From: Bdellovibrionales bacterium
GTDB lineage: Bacteria > Bdellovibrionota > Bdellovibrionia > Bdellovibrionales > JAGQZY01
Assembly: GCA_031426555.1 (NCBI GenBank)
Contig: JANPLN010000054.1
Location: forward strand, 14,409 to 78,408
Reading direction: 5' to 3'
DNA length: 64,000 bases
Position numbers and translations under genes: made by a program. This document shows, piece by piece, positions 28,323 through 38,239 of this stretch. A model generated the notes under the pieces. The model was not told where the DNA came from and made no database searches. It was given only the letters and a program-made list of their open reading frames with translations. Each line of letters starts with the position of its first letter. Position 1 is the stretch's first letter.

Positions 28323-28903
28323 CGAAACGCCTTTTCAGAGCCTAATTTACCGTTGAGACATTTTCTTAATTTTTCTTTGGCTCTGAAGATCAACACTCGC
28401 AGATGCGATGACGTCACTCCCAAAACCTTGCAGATATCCCCGGACTCCTCGTCTTCAACTTCCGTCATGACAAACGCGGTGGCTTGTTGCTCGGTAAGGC
28501 CATCCATGCAATCTTCAATAAATTGTGCCACCTGTTGTCGCTCCATCACTTTGTAGGGATCCGCAGGCTCTACCTTCCACCAGCCATCGGGAGTAAAAGA
28601 GCTATCCATTACTTTTTGCATATCATCCTCCGGAACCATTCTTTTTTGCAGTCGCCGATGTTCGCGAATTTTATTAAACAAAATTCCGCAGATAAACGTT
28701 CGTAATTGCGAGCGACCTTCAAACTGGTCGAGATTTGCAAAAAACGTTTCCCAGGTTTGATGTATCAACTCCCCCACGTCCTCTTTATCAATGCGATTGG
28801 CTAAGGAGACGCGAATAAGAAAAGGGTTCACCTCTTCAAACAAAGTTTTTAAAAATGCCGGATCACGACTTTGCAGCAAAGTTAGCAATTTTTGGTCAAT
28901 CAT
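28319..28903 (-). CDS. ECF RNA polymerase sigma factor
   Basis: Region 2 FEGRSQLRTFICGILFNKI, FTPDGWW linker, region 4 ICKVLGVTSSHLRVLIFRAKEKLRKCL. Confidence 0.92.
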   Translation of the reverse strand: MIDQKLLTLLQSRDPAFLKTLFEEVNPFLIRVSLANRIDKEDVGELIHQTWETFFANLDQFEGRSQLRTFICGILFNKIREHRRLQKRMVPEDDMQKVMDSSFTPDGWWKVEPADPYKVMERQQVAQFIEDCMDGLTEQQATAFVMTEVEDEESGDICKVLGVTSSHLRVLIFRAKEKLRKCLNGKLGSEKAFR

Positions 28904-28932
28904 AGCCCCGACTCATAGCAACGCTTCCCTAT

Positions 28933-29496
28933 TTAATCAAATGAAAGTGGTCGGAGATAATGATTGTCATAGCCGTTGGGATTTTTTTGCAGGTATTTTT
29001 GATGAACCTCTTCGGCCGCCCAAAACTTTTTGGCCTCACTGACCTCGGTGACAATTTCGGCCTTCCAGGCGCGCGATTTACTCACTTTGTTCTTAAAAGA
29101 TTCGGCAACCTTTTTTTGTTCGGGGGTGTGGTAAAAAACCGCCGATCGGTACTGATTACCGATATCGTTGCCTTGACGATCTTTGGTGGTGGGATCGTGC
29201 ATTTTAAAAAACTGCTCAAGAAGATACGTATAACTCACTTTCTTAGGATCAAATTGAATCTCTACACTTTCGGCATGTTTTGTCTGCCCACCCTTCATAT
29301 CACTGTATTTTGGGTTCTCAGAAATTCCTCCTGCATAGCCCACCTTGGTGCTGACAACACCGGGAATTTTTCGAAAAAACTCTTCAACGCCCCAAAAGCA
29401 GCCAGCAGCAAAAGTTGCCACTTCTAGTTTGCTGTTTTGTTGAGCGGACTGGGCCTGTATGCTACATAGTAAAGTTAGCAAAAGAATGCTGCGCAC
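28933..29496 (-). CDS. msrA: Peptide methionine (S)-sulfoxide reductase with signal peptide
   Basis: GCFWG, GYAGG, HDPT, RQGND.G.QYRS, AEEVHQKYL; N-terminal signal. Confidence 0.96.
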   Translation of the reverse strand: MRSILLLTLLCSIQAQSAQQNSKLEVATFAAGCFWGVEEFFRKIPGVVSTKVGYAGGISENPKYSDMKGGQTKHAESVEIQFDPKKVSYTYLLEQFFKMHDPTTKDRQGNDIGNQYRSAVFYHTPEQKKVAESFKNKVSKSRAWKAEIVTEVSEAKKFWAAEEVHQKYLQKNPNGYDNHYLRPLSFD

Positions 29497-29539
29497 GGGA
29501 CCTCCTGGTCAGTAGGTGAGAGACTGCCACCGACGTTTT

Positions 29540-29575
29540 GTTACACCTCTGGAACAATATTTTTTTTACTGTAAC
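29540..29575. promoter_or_regulatory. Back-to-back TGTAAC boxes, candidate ECF -35 elements for divergent msrA and msrB-dipZ
   Basis: GTTACA 29540-29545 (TGTAAC on minus) and TGTAAC 29570-29575. Confidence 0.5.
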
Positions 29576-29622
29576 GATTTGTACTTTCCCTGCTCATACC
29601 ATAAGATTTTTAGGAGGTGTTC

Positions 29623-30151
29623 CATGAAAATTCTTTTCCGTCTGTTAATCTTAGTCCTAACTTGCTTTAATTCAAAGTCATTTGCCGCCGGCGACGCAAA
29701 ACAATACAGTCAGCGCCCGAGCGATGCAGAGCTTAAAAAGAAGCTCACACCTATGCAGTACAACGTCACTCAGCACGAAGGTACTGAGCCGCCCTTTCAA
29801 AATTCTTATTGGAAAAGCAAAGACGAAGGCATATATGTTGATATTGTGTCGGGAGAGCCGCTCTTTAGTTCCCTGGATAAATTTGACTCAGGCACTGGTT
29901 GGCCCAGTTTTACCAAACCGCTAGCTACCGAGAACATCGTCGAGAAAACCGATCGCCAACTTTTTAGCGAGCGCACCGAAGTTCGCAGCAAAAACGCTAA
30001 CTCCCATTTAGGCCACGTTTTTAAGGATGGTCCGGCCCCGACGGGCTTGCGCTATTGCATCAACTCCGCATCACTCAAGTTTATCCCAAAAAATAAACTT
30101 AAATCAGAGGGTTTCGAGACGTATCTCAAACTCTTTGAAGTTAAAAAATAA
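29623..30151 (+). CDS. msrB: Peptide methionine (R)-sulfoxide reductase with signal peptide
   Basis: Start MKILF at 29623 after AGGAGG; signal …[24 protein letters not shown]. Confidence 0.95.
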
Positions 30152-30163
30152 CACCGAGGTTCT

Positions 30164-31849
30164 ATGCTTCTGCTCGTTGTTTCCTATTTGGCCGGTGCCC
30201 TGACTATTTTGAGTCCGTGCATTTTGCCGGTGTTGCCCTTGGTATTTTCCAAAGCGCAGAGTTCGTTTTGGCGAAATCGATTTCCTTTGCTGTTAGGCAT
30301 GGCCCTCACATTTTCATTTTTCTCAAGCCTGGCCATTGTTGGGGGAGAATGGATCGGTCGGGCCAATGAAATTGGCCGCTGGCTGGCACTGGTTTTAATG
30401 AGTCTTTTTGGACTTTCTCTTCTGTTTCCACGGTTCACCGAATTTTTAATGTCTCCACTCAGTAACCTTGGGGCAAAACTCGGGCAATCTGCAAACGACA
30501 ACAGTCCCCGCAGTTCCCTATTGATCGGAATCAGCACGGGCCTCTTGTGGGCTCCCTGTGCAGGACCGATTTTGGGTCTGATCCTCACCGGCGCAGCGTC
30601 TCAAGAGTCTGCGGGCTCGTCCTTTGGTCTCCTTGTGGCCTACTCGCTGGGCGCTGCAACGTCATTGTCCTTGGCACTCACGGCGGGGAACCGTTTGCTG
30701 AAAAAATTTAAAAATGTTTTGGGAATGGACAAATTTGTTAAAAAAGGAATTGGTCTGGCTGTTTTATTTGGCGTCGTGATGATTCTTTTTAAGTTGGACC
30801 AAACGCTCCTCACGCAACTTTCAAAAATCAGCACGGATTCCATCGAAAACAAGCTTCTGACTGCTGCAGGACTGCAGCAAAAAGATAAACATCCCACCGA
30901 ACTTCCTCCCCTGCCGCTCGATACTCCCTGGATCAACTCTTCCCCCCTGGATGTTAAGGCTCTCAAGGGCAAAGTTGTTCTCATCGATTTTTGGACCTAC
31001 TCCTGTATCAATTGTTTGCGCACGCTGCCGCACTTAAAATCATGGCACGAAAAATACAAAAACTCGGGCCTGGTAATCATCGGTGTGCACACCCCCGAAT
31101 TTGCCTTCGAAAAGAAGATCGAAAATGTGCAGGCCGCCATCACCGACTTAGGCATCACCTACCCGGTGACTATCGATAACTCCTATCAAATTTGGCGCAC
31201 GTTCAAAAACCGCTACTGGCCTGCGCACTATTTTGTCGATCGGCAAGGAAAAATTCGCCATCACCATTTTGGTGAGGGAAAGTATGATGAATCAGAAAGC
31301 ATTTTGCGAAAGCTCTTGGCGGAAGACGGAACAGAAATTCAAACCACAGAAAGCGAGTTAAAAGCCGAGGGAGTGTTGCAACCTAGCGTCTATGCAAAAG
31401 TGAAATCCCCCGAAACATACCTGGGCTATTCCCGCCTCAAAAACTTTATCAACAACACAGCTCCACAGAAAGACAGTGTCCATAATTACGTCGCACCAGA
31501 AAAATTACAGCTCAACGAGTGGTCACTAACGGGCTCTTGGAAAATCGAAAAAGAGCGAGCGATTGCCCAAAGCGCAAACACAAAAATCACTTTTCAATTT
31601 CAAGCCCGAGATCTACATCTGGTTTTAGGCGCCGCAAAAACACCCATAATATTCAAAGTCACGATCGACGGTCAAGCACCCGGAAAAAACCACGGCACAG
31701 ACACCGACGAAAGCGGCCAAGGCCAAATCAAAGACCACCGCCTTTACCAACTGCTCCGCCTCCAAGACGACCCAACAACAACATCACATACCTTCGAAAT
31801 CGAATTTATGGAAAGAGACGCCGAAGCCTACGCCTTCACCTTCGGCTAA
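30164..31849 (+). CDS. dipZ: DipZ-type protein (CcdA/DsbD membrane domain + thioredoxin + C-terminal beta domain)
   Basis: LSPCILPV, WAPCAGPIL, DFWTYSCINC, GVHTPEF, YWPAHY, SPETYLGY, AYAFTFG. Confidence 0.92.
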   Translation: MLLLVVSYLAGALTILSPCILPVLPLVFSKAQSSFWRNRFPLLLGMALTFSFFSSLAIVGGEWIGRANEIGRWLALVLMSLFGLSLLFPRFTEFLMSPLSNLGAKLGQSANDNSPRSSLLIGISTGLLWAPCAGPILGLILTGAASQESAGSSFGLLVAYSLGAATSLSLALTAGNRLLKKFKNVLGMDKFVKKGIGLAVLFGVVMILFKLDQTLLTQLSKISTDSIENKLLTAAGLQQKDKHPTELPPLPLDTPWINSSPLDVKALKGKVVLIDFWTYSCINCLRTLPHLKSWHEKYKNSGLVIIGVHTPEFAFEKKIENVQAAITDLGITYPVTIDNSYQIWRTFKNRYWPAHYFVDRQGKIRHHHFGEGKYDESESILRKLLAEDGTEIQTTESELKAEGVLQPSVYAKVKSPETYLGYSRLKNFINNTAPQKDSVHNYVAPEKLQLNEWSLTGSWKIEKERAIAQSANTKITFQFQARDLHLVLGAAKTPIIFKVTIDGQAPGKNHGTDTDESGQGQIKDHRLYQLLRLQDDPTTTSHTFEIEFMERDAEAYAFTFG

Positions 31850-31885
31850 AATTCTATTCAATAATATCAGGGATAAGTATGCGAG

Positions 31886-32009
31886 AGATTCGTCTCGAAA
31901 ATTTTCGCAGCCGAGGCGCGAGACCAAACGCCGCGGAGGCCTACTTCATGTAGGCCGCACAAGGAGTTTGGTTGAGCAACGAAGGATCCGGAAATTTTAG
32001 AACGAATCT
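31886..32009. repeat. Nested palindromic REP/MITE-like element between convergent genes
   Basis: Outer AGATTCGT/ACGAATCT plus AAAATTT stem; middle ACCAAAC/GTTTGGT; inner GGCCTAC-TTCAT-GTAGGCC. Confidence 0.75.
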
Positions 32010-32793
32010 AGTATTCGTCGTCGACGCGTTCGGTGTCTACACTGCTAATTCCGCGAACTTCTTCCATAAAATTCTCATCTTCGAAGCTGTCCACATCGGT
32101 GCTGGCTTCGTCGATATCAAGTTCTTGGATGGCGCTCATGAAATCTGGCTCGGAACTTAAATCCTTGCGGATCAATTCTAAAAATTTCAGCGGGTACCGA
32201 GACGTGAGCTCCTCGATGTACTGTTCGAGTTTGCCTTCGGAGAGAATTTTTTTGCGATTCTGAATTTTTTTCCAGAAAAACAGGTAGTGGTAACGGCAAT
32301 AACTTTCGACCACAGACGGTTGGTCGCAGTCTTTCACACGACAAAGAATTCGTCCTTCGGCATCGGTGAGAATGATATCTTTGACTGCTTTGCTTTCCGC
32401 TTTGGCGTCGGTTACTGAACCGACAGCTGCTGGCTCGATTTCCAATTCAGCGCCTTTGGCCTGAAGCGTTTTGGGGGTGGCCTTTTTTGCCTGGGCTTTT
32501 GCTGGCGTCTTTGCGGAAGCTTTAGTTTCCGCTGTTTTTATGGCTGCTTTGACAACCGCTTCCTTGACTACCTTTTTAGGTTTCGCAAGGGCAGGTGCGG
32601 CTTTTTTCTTAGGCAGCAATTTTTCCGCGATTTTCTTGGCCGTTTTCAATGCCATTTTTTTGACCAATTTGGCTGCAGGAATTTTTACCTTATTTGCAGG
32701 CTTGGCAGCAACTTTTGCTGGCTTTTTAGCCTTAGCTGCTGAAGGTTTGGATTTTTTTGCAACTTTTGCGGGTTTTTTTGCTTTTTTTGCCAT
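32008..32793 (-). CDS. Hypothetical protein: histone-H1-like Lys/Ala/Pro N-terminus, Cys/His cluster, acidic tail
   Basis: AKKAKKPAK repeats; CRVKDC…YCRYH; DEASTDVDSFEDE. Confidence 0.8.
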   Translation of the reverse strand: MAKKAKKPAKVAKKSKPSAAKAKKPAKVAAKPANKVKIPAAKLVKKMALKTAKKIAEKLLPKKKAAPALAKPKKVVKEAVVKAAIKTAETKASAKTPAKAQAKKATPKTLQAKGAELEIEPAAVGSVTDAKAESKAVKDIILTDAEGRILCRVKDCDQPSVVESYCRYHYLFFWKKIQNRKKILSEGKLEQYIEELTSRYPLKFLELIRKDLSSEPDFMSAIQELDIDEASTDVDSFEDENFMEEVRGISSVDTERVDDEY

Positions 32794-32943
32794 GGCGTAA
32801 GCATTGATTCATCTCCTGTTTAGAGTCAATAGGCTCACTGCATAATTATACTGCGCATCTATATGTCGAAGCTCAGGTCTTTACTTCGAGCATAAACCCG
32901 TGTTCTATCCAAGAAATTAAGCACAATTCATTGGGAGGAATTC

Positions 32944-34119
32944 ATGAGCACAACTTACATAATTGCAGCCACACGTACACCTGTTGGTAGTTTCCAGGGA
33001 GCCTTGAGCAGTCTGTCTGCACCTAAACTCGGATCCATCGTCATTAAAAGCGCCCTCGAAAAAGCGAATCTAAAACCCGATGACGTCAGTGAAGTTATTT
33101 TTGGCGAAGTTTTGACCGCTGGTGTGGGTCAGGCCCCTGCCCGTCAAGCGGCTTTGGGCGCGGGTCTCCCAACATCGGTTCCATGCATGACCATCAACAA
33201 AGTCTGCGGCTCGGGATTAAAAGCCGTCATGCTTGGGGCTGATTCCATTGCCCTCGGTCGAAGCGACGTGGTTGTGGCTGGTGGACAGGAAAATATGACC
33301 CTGGCGCCTCACCTTCTAGAAAATTCCCGTGCGGGCTACCGCATGGGCCACATTTCGGCCACGGACTCCATGATCAAAGATGGACTTTGGGATCCTTATA
33401 ATAATTTTCACATGGGAGAGGCCGCAGAGCTTTGCGTGCGCGAACATCGTTTTACGCGCGAAGAGCAAGATCAATTCGCCAAAGAAAGTTACGAGCTGGC
33501 TATTGCCGCGCAAAAGAATGGCTGGTTTAACCACGAAATCACTCCTGTCGAAATCGCCATGAAAGACAAATCCACAATGGTTTCACAAGACGAAGAACCC
33601 GGAAAGGTGAAGTTTGATAAAATTCCCTCTCTGCGTCCCGCCTTTAGCAAAGATGGAACGATCACTGCAGCCAATGCTTCTAAAATCAACGACGGTGCGG
33701 CCTGTGTGATTCTTGCCAGCGAGAAAATAGTCCAGAGCAAAAATTTAAAACCACTTGCAAAAATTATCTCTCATTCCACCTTTGCCCACGATCCAAAATG
33801 GTTTACCACGGCGCCTGTGACCGCCATCAAAAAAGTCTGCGAGCAAGCCAAGATGACTGTGGAACAAATCGATCTTTTCGAGATCAACGAAGCCTTTGCG
33901 GTGGTGACATTGGCCGCTATGCGCGAATTTAAAATTCCACGGAACAAAGTGAATGTTCACGGTGGTGCAATCGCCCTCGGCCACCCCATCGGTGGCAGCG
34001 GTGCCCGCCTCCTCACCACTCTTGTGCACGCTTTGAAAACGCAAAATAAAAAATATGGTTTAGTCACACTTTGCATTGGCGGAGGCGAAGCCGTGGCAAT
34101 GATTGTGGAGAGCCTATGA
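32944..34119 (+). CDS. atoB: Acetyl-CoA C-acetyltransferase (thiolase)
   Basis: NKVCGSG, NEAFA, GHPIG, CIGGG. Confidence 0.93.
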   Translation: MSTTYIIAATRTPVGSFQGALSSLSAPKLGSIVIKSALEKANLKPDDVSEVIFGEVLTAGVGQAPARQAALGAGLPTSVPCMTINKVCGSGLKAVMLGADSIALGRSDVVVAGGQENMTLAPHLLENSRAGYRMGHISATDSMIKDGLWDPYNNFHMGEAAELCVREHRFTREEQDQFAKESYELAIAAQKNGWFNHEITPVEIAMKDKSTMVSQDEEPGKVKFDKIPSLRPAFSKDGTITAANASKINDGAACVILASEKIVQSKNLKPLAKIISHSTFAHDPKWFTTAPVTAIKKVCEQAKMTVEQIDLFEINEAFAVVTLAAMREFKIPRNKVNVHGGAIALGHPIGGSGARLLTTLVHALKTQNKKYGLVTLCIGGGEAVAMIVESL

Positions 34120-34811
34120 TCAACAAGGTAGTTGCTGACTGCGATACCGCCTTAAAGGGTATCAAAGACAATATGACTCTGCTGGTAGGTGGTTTTGGAC
34201 TTTGCGGAATTCCTGAAAACCTCATCGTCGCTCTCAAACGCACCGGTGCAAAAAATTTAACCTGTGTGTCTAATAATGCCGGCGTGGATGGGTTTGGTCT
34301 TGGCCAATTGCTAGAGTCTCGACAAATTAAAAAAATGATTTCAAGCTATGTGGGCGAGAATAAAGAATTTGAGCGTCAGTTTTTGAGTGGTGAACTGGAA
34401 GTGGAACTCAATCCCCAAGGAACCTTGGCCGAACGCTTGCGCGCTGGCGGTGCAGGAATTCCAGCCTTCTACACTCCAACAGGAGTGGGCACCGTGGTCG
34501 CCGACGGAAAAGACGTGCGCGAATTTGAAGGTCGAAAGTATGTGTTAGAGCGGGCCATTCAGGGAGACTACGCATTGATCAAAGCTTGGAAGGCTGACCC
34601 TTTCGGAAACCTGGTGTTTCGCAAAACAGCTCGTAATTTTAATCCGATGATGGCGGCCGCAGGTAAGATCACCATCGTCGAAGTTGAAGAAATCGTAGGC
34701 TACGGCGACATCGATCCCGATCATGTTCACACTCCTGGCATCTATGTGCAAATGGTGGTGCGCGGTCCCAGCTACGAAAAGCGTATCGAACAACGAACAG
34801 TGAGACAGTAA
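34116..34811 (+). CDS. scoA: 3-oxoacid CoA-transferase subunit A
   Basis: Start MINKV at 34116; [34 protein letters not shown]. Confidence 0.93.
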   Translation: MINKVVADCDTALKGIKDNMTLLVGGFGLCGIPENLIVALKRTGAKNLTCVSNNAGVDGFGLGQLLESRQIKKMISSYVGENKEFERQFLSGELEVELNPQGTLAERLRAGGAGIPAFYTPTGVGTVVADGKDVREFEGRKYVLERAIQGDYALIKAWKADPFGNLVFRKTARNFNPMMAAAGKITIVEVEEIVGYGDIDPDHVHTPGIYVQMVVRGPSYEKRIEQRTVRQ

Positions 34812-34812
34812 C

Positions 34813-35448
34813 ATGCCTTTTACACGCGAACAAATTGCCCAGCGGATTGCCAAAGAAATCAAAGACGGCTTCGTCGTTAATCTTGGTATTGGTATCCCAA
34901 CTCTCGTCGCCAATTACATTCCTACGGGAACAAGTGTTATGTTACAGAGTGAAAATGGACTCCTCGGAATGGGTCCCTTCCCCTTAGAAAAAGACATCGA
35001 TCCTGACTTGATTAATGCCGGCAAGCAAACTGTCACTGCTGTTGCTGGAGCTAGTTTTTTTTCGTCAGCGGAAAGTTTTGAAATGATTCGTGGAGGTCAT
35101 GTGAACTTGACCGTTCTCGGAGCGATGCAAGTGGATGTGGAACGATCTATCGCCAACTGGATGGTGCCTGGAAAAATGATCAAGGGCATGGGTGGAGCCA
35201 TGGATCTGGTCGCCGGGGCCCGACGAGTCGTCGTGGCCATGCAGCACATCGACCGATCAGGAGACAAAAAGCTTTTAAAAAAATGCACACTTCCCATCAC
35301 GGGAATTAACTGCATTGATCTCATTGTGTCGGACTACGGCGTGTTCGAAATTAAAGATGGCAAGTTTATACTCATCGAAAAAGCGCCTGACCTCACCGTG
35401 GAACAAATCATCGAAGCCACTGGGGCGCCAGTTGAAGTGAAAATCTAA
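34813..35448 (+). CDS. scoB: 3-oxoacid CoA-transferase subunit B
   Basis: NLGIGIPT, catalytic SENG, GMGGAMDL. Confidence 0.93.
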   Translation: MPFTREQIAQRIAKEIKDGFVVNLGIGIPTLVANYIPTGTSVMLQSENGLLGMGPFPLEKDIDPDLINAGKQTVTAVAGASFFSSAESFEMIRGGHVNLTVLGAMQVDVERSIANWMVPGKMIKGMGGAMDLVAGARRVVVAMQHIDRSGDKKLLKKCTLPITGINCIDLIVSDYGVFEIKDGKFILIEKAPDLTVEQIIEATGAPVEVKI

Positions 35449-35798
35449 TCAGTGATAGCGTCGGGCTTTCCGATGTCGTCCTTGGGGAAGCGCCAAAGAT
35501 TATCTTTTTGACAATTGCTGTGGGCAAAATAGTCAAACTCCACAAGAGCTCGCGCGTTGTCCGACTTTGAAGCTTCGTAGCGACCGTGTTTGCGTTTGTA
35601 AATCTGAGTCAGCTCTTCGATTTGCGGGCGTGAAAATCTCTCAAAAAGGTTGCTGGTGACACAAAAACAAAGCTGTTTCATTTTTTCTTTTGGTATTTTT
35701 CTTTGATACATCTGCAAGCAGTGCTTTTCGATCTCCATCAACGACGCAGACGACACCGAAGCCGCAAAAAAAACGAAAATCACTAAACAACTACGCAT
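35445..35798 (-). CDS. Small exported Cys-containing hypothetical protein
   Basis: Start MRSCL at 35798, signal peptide, C…CFC…C. Confidence 0.7.
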   Translation of the reverse strand: MRSCLVIFVFFAASVSSASLMEIEKHCLQMYQRKIPKEKMKQLCFCVTSNLFERFSRPQIEELTQIYKRKHGRYEASKSDNARALVEFDYFAHSNCQKDNLWRFPKDDIGKPDAITD

Positions 35799-37449
35799 AC
35801 CGGCCCTTGGTGGTTTTATTACCTGCCAGTGTTTTAATATTTTCTTCATGTCGACCGTTAACACGTTTTAAATTTTCGTTATAGGCCTCTTCGATTTTCT
35901 TAAGGCGATATTCAAAATGATCTTCTTTTTGTTTTACAATCTGTTCCTGCGCCTGCTGATTTTTTAGGTCTTTTTCTTGGCTCTGGCGCTCCATTGTCGT
36001 GATGTGGTTTTGATAGTCGTCCTTTAATTGAGTGAGCATTCCATCATAGCGACTTTGCATTTCGTAAAGATCTGTTTGATGCTTTTTTTGCATCTCTTCC
36101 ATTTGTGTTGAAAAGCGTTGGTTCATATCTTCACGCTCTTTCACGTGCGAGTGTCGTTCCGTATAGAGAACCTTTTGCTGTTCATTTCGTAAACCATCCA
36201 CATTGCGCTCGTGTTGTTTTTGCAAATTATTTCTATCTTTTACATAGTCGTCTTGGATTTTGCGAAAACGAAAATCTTGCATTCCTTGCTTTTGAATTGA
36301 ATCTTTGGAGTACTGTCTTTGCAGGCGCGCTACCTGTGCGTCGTGATGATCGGCCTCCTCGATCAAGTGGTCATTGAAAAAATCGTGGGAATCTTTTAGC
36401 TTTTCTTCGGTTTGGCGCTGAGAGTTCACGGCCTGATCGCGTCGGATGTTTTGATGTAGGGCCAGCTGAGCCGAACGCTCTTTTTGCAACCCCTCGAGGT
36501 TGTCTTGATAGGAAATCTTAACGTTTTCGAGTTGGCGTTTTTTAGCCCGCTCAGTTTTCCTTAAATCACGGTCATGTTCTTTTTTAGTGTCTGCAAGCTC
36601 AACCTTTAACTGCTCCATCTGCTTGCCATGACGACCCACTTCGAGGTCTTCTTTAGACTTTTCCAAAGCCTCCCGCTCTTTTTCGAGCTGTTTATGCATT
36701 GTTCGTTTTTCGTGCGCCAGGCCGTCGCGACTCAACTCGCGCATTTCCTCAAGCATGGCGGAGTGATCTCGATCCTTGTTTACTAATTGACGTTGATACT
36801 TGTCTTCGGTCTCTTCCAATTTGAAGCTTTGCTTCTGTTGGCTTTTTTTACTTTCACGTTCTTTTTGTGCACGGTAGGTCTCGTACTCAGTGGAAACCTT
36901 ATCCATGGCGTCTTTTTGATTGTCTGCCGAAATATTTTCGCGCTTATCATAGCTTCTGGCCATTCGCTCTTTTTGGTCGAGTAGCATCTGTTGCGACTTT
37001 GCACTTTGTTTCGAGTAAGCATCCTGACTGGCGAGTTCTTTTTCTTGGATCGTATTATGGTAAGCTTTTTCTTTTTCTGAAAGCTGCGACTTTAAAACAG
37101 TTTCGTTTCTCTGTAGATTTTTTTTGTATTCACTTTTGATTTTAGCCTCCTCCATGGCCTGCAGTTCGCGATTCTCCTTGATTTGCTTGTGATGCATCTG
37201 CTTGAGATTTTCCATCTCTTTCGAATACTTCATGTCATTTTTGTTGATCGAGGTTTGCCCGGCTTGGTTGCGACGTTTTAGTTCTGTTTGATGGGTTGCT
37301 TCGGTTTTAGATATGTTACCGCGATAGGACTCACTGAGTTTTTCTTTTTCTTTAGCATGTTTTGTCTTTAAATCGGCCTCGCGCTTTTGATAATATTCGC
37401 GCATTTTTTTAACGTCATCATACGGATCGTTACCACTAATTGCCGACAT
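35791..37449 (-). CDS. Long charged coiled-coil protein
   Basis: Start MSAIS at 37449 after GGAGG; E/K/Q/R-rich heptads throughout. Confidence 0.8.
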   Translation of the reverse strand: MSAISGNDPYDDVKKMREYYQKREADLKTKHAKEKEKLSESYRGNISKTEATHQTELKRRNQAGQTSINKNDMKYSKEMENLKQMHHKQIKENRELQAMEEAKIKSEYKKNLQRNETVLKSQLSEKEKAYHNTIQEKELASQDAYSKQSAKSQQMLLDQKERMARSYDKRENISADNQKDAMDKVSTEYETYRAQKERESKKSQQKQSFKLEETEDKYQRQLVNKDRDHSAMLEEMRELSRDGLAHEKRTMHKQLEKEREALEKSKEDLEVGRHGKQMEQLKVELADTKKEHDRDLRKTERAKKRQLENVKISYQDNLEGLQKERSAQLALHQNIRRDQAVNSQRQTEEKLKDSHDFFNDHLIEEADHHDAQVARLQRQYSKDSIQKQGMQDFRFRKIQDDYVKDRNNLQKQHERNVDGLRNEQQKVLYTERHSHVKEREDMNQRFSTQMEEMQKKHQTDLYEMQSRYDGMLTQLKDDYQNHITTMERQSQEKDLKNQQAQEQIVKQKEDHFEYRLKKIEEAYNENLKRVNGRHEENIKTLAGNKTTKGRYA

Positions 37450-37504
37450 AGCCCCTCCATGGAACATGCTAGACACAAATTCTCAATAATTAGTATATCA
37501 CGCC

Positions 37505-38239
37505 TTATTCTTCTTCAAAATTGTTTTTTTGACGAAAGATTCGTCTCAGGAGACTGTCTCTTCTTTGCGCGTGCTCAGCTTCATACTTTTGTCTAACTTT
37601 GTCTCGACGTGCGTCCGACATTTTGGTCTCGACAATCGTCTGACTCCACTTGGACTGCAATAGCAAACCCGACCTTATGCTCTTTCCAACTCTTTCAAGG
37701 TGCTCTTGAAAGTTAAAGTCCGAAAATGGAAAGGCCTTTTGAATGGATTTAAGATAATTGGGCAAAACAATTGTTCGCGGCAGGGAAATGCTTGCCACTT
37801 TTCGCTGGTAATCGACGGGCCCAAACTCAACTTCTGTACCCTCGGTCAACTCATAGGCACTTTGATCTGCACGCGCAGCGACCCGCACTTTGCCACTCAA
37901 TACGCTCACTACAATGCGATTGTCTTTAAGATCGACAACGAGCTCTGACTCCGGAGTTACTTGCAAAGTGCCAAATGGAAGCTCGACATCAGCGATCTCA
38001 CTGAATTTCATCCAGGAAATGCCTTTGTACAGGGAAATATGCTCTTTCCCCGTCCATTCTACAAGCGAGTCTTTAGAAAAAAAGAATTGATCTTTTTCTA
38101 ATTTAAAATGAGATTTTTTGTGAACGAATAGAACACAGGGGCGAGTTTTATTTTGTAAACAGCGATCGGGCCATTGTGTGCCGCCGTCTGCGTTGCCTTG
38201 ATTTAAAATCAAAAACAACAACCAGGAAAAAAGCATCAC
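37505..38239 (-). CDS. Exported FecR-like beta-domain protein
   Basis: Signal; ISLYKG…VELPFGTLQV…VVSVLSGKVRV…ELTEG pattern. Confidence 0.6.
   Translation of the reverse strand: MMLFSWLLFLILNQGNADGGTQWPDRCLQNKTRPCVLFVHKKSHFKLEKDQFFFSKDSLVEWTGKEHISLYKGISWMKFSEIADVELPFGTLQVTPESELVVDLKDNRIVVSVLSGKVRVAARADQSAYELTEGTEVEFGPVDYQRKVASISLPRTIVLPNYLKSIQKAFPFSDFNFQEHLERVGKSIRSGLLLQSKWSQTIVETKMSDARRDKVRQKYEAEHAQRRDSLLRRIFRQKNNFEEE

Noticed and set aside
29516..29622. Cys-rich N-terminal extension of msrB in the ORF track
   Set aside because: Runs through the divergent promoter; the AGGAGG-led ATG at 29623 gives a proper signal peptide.
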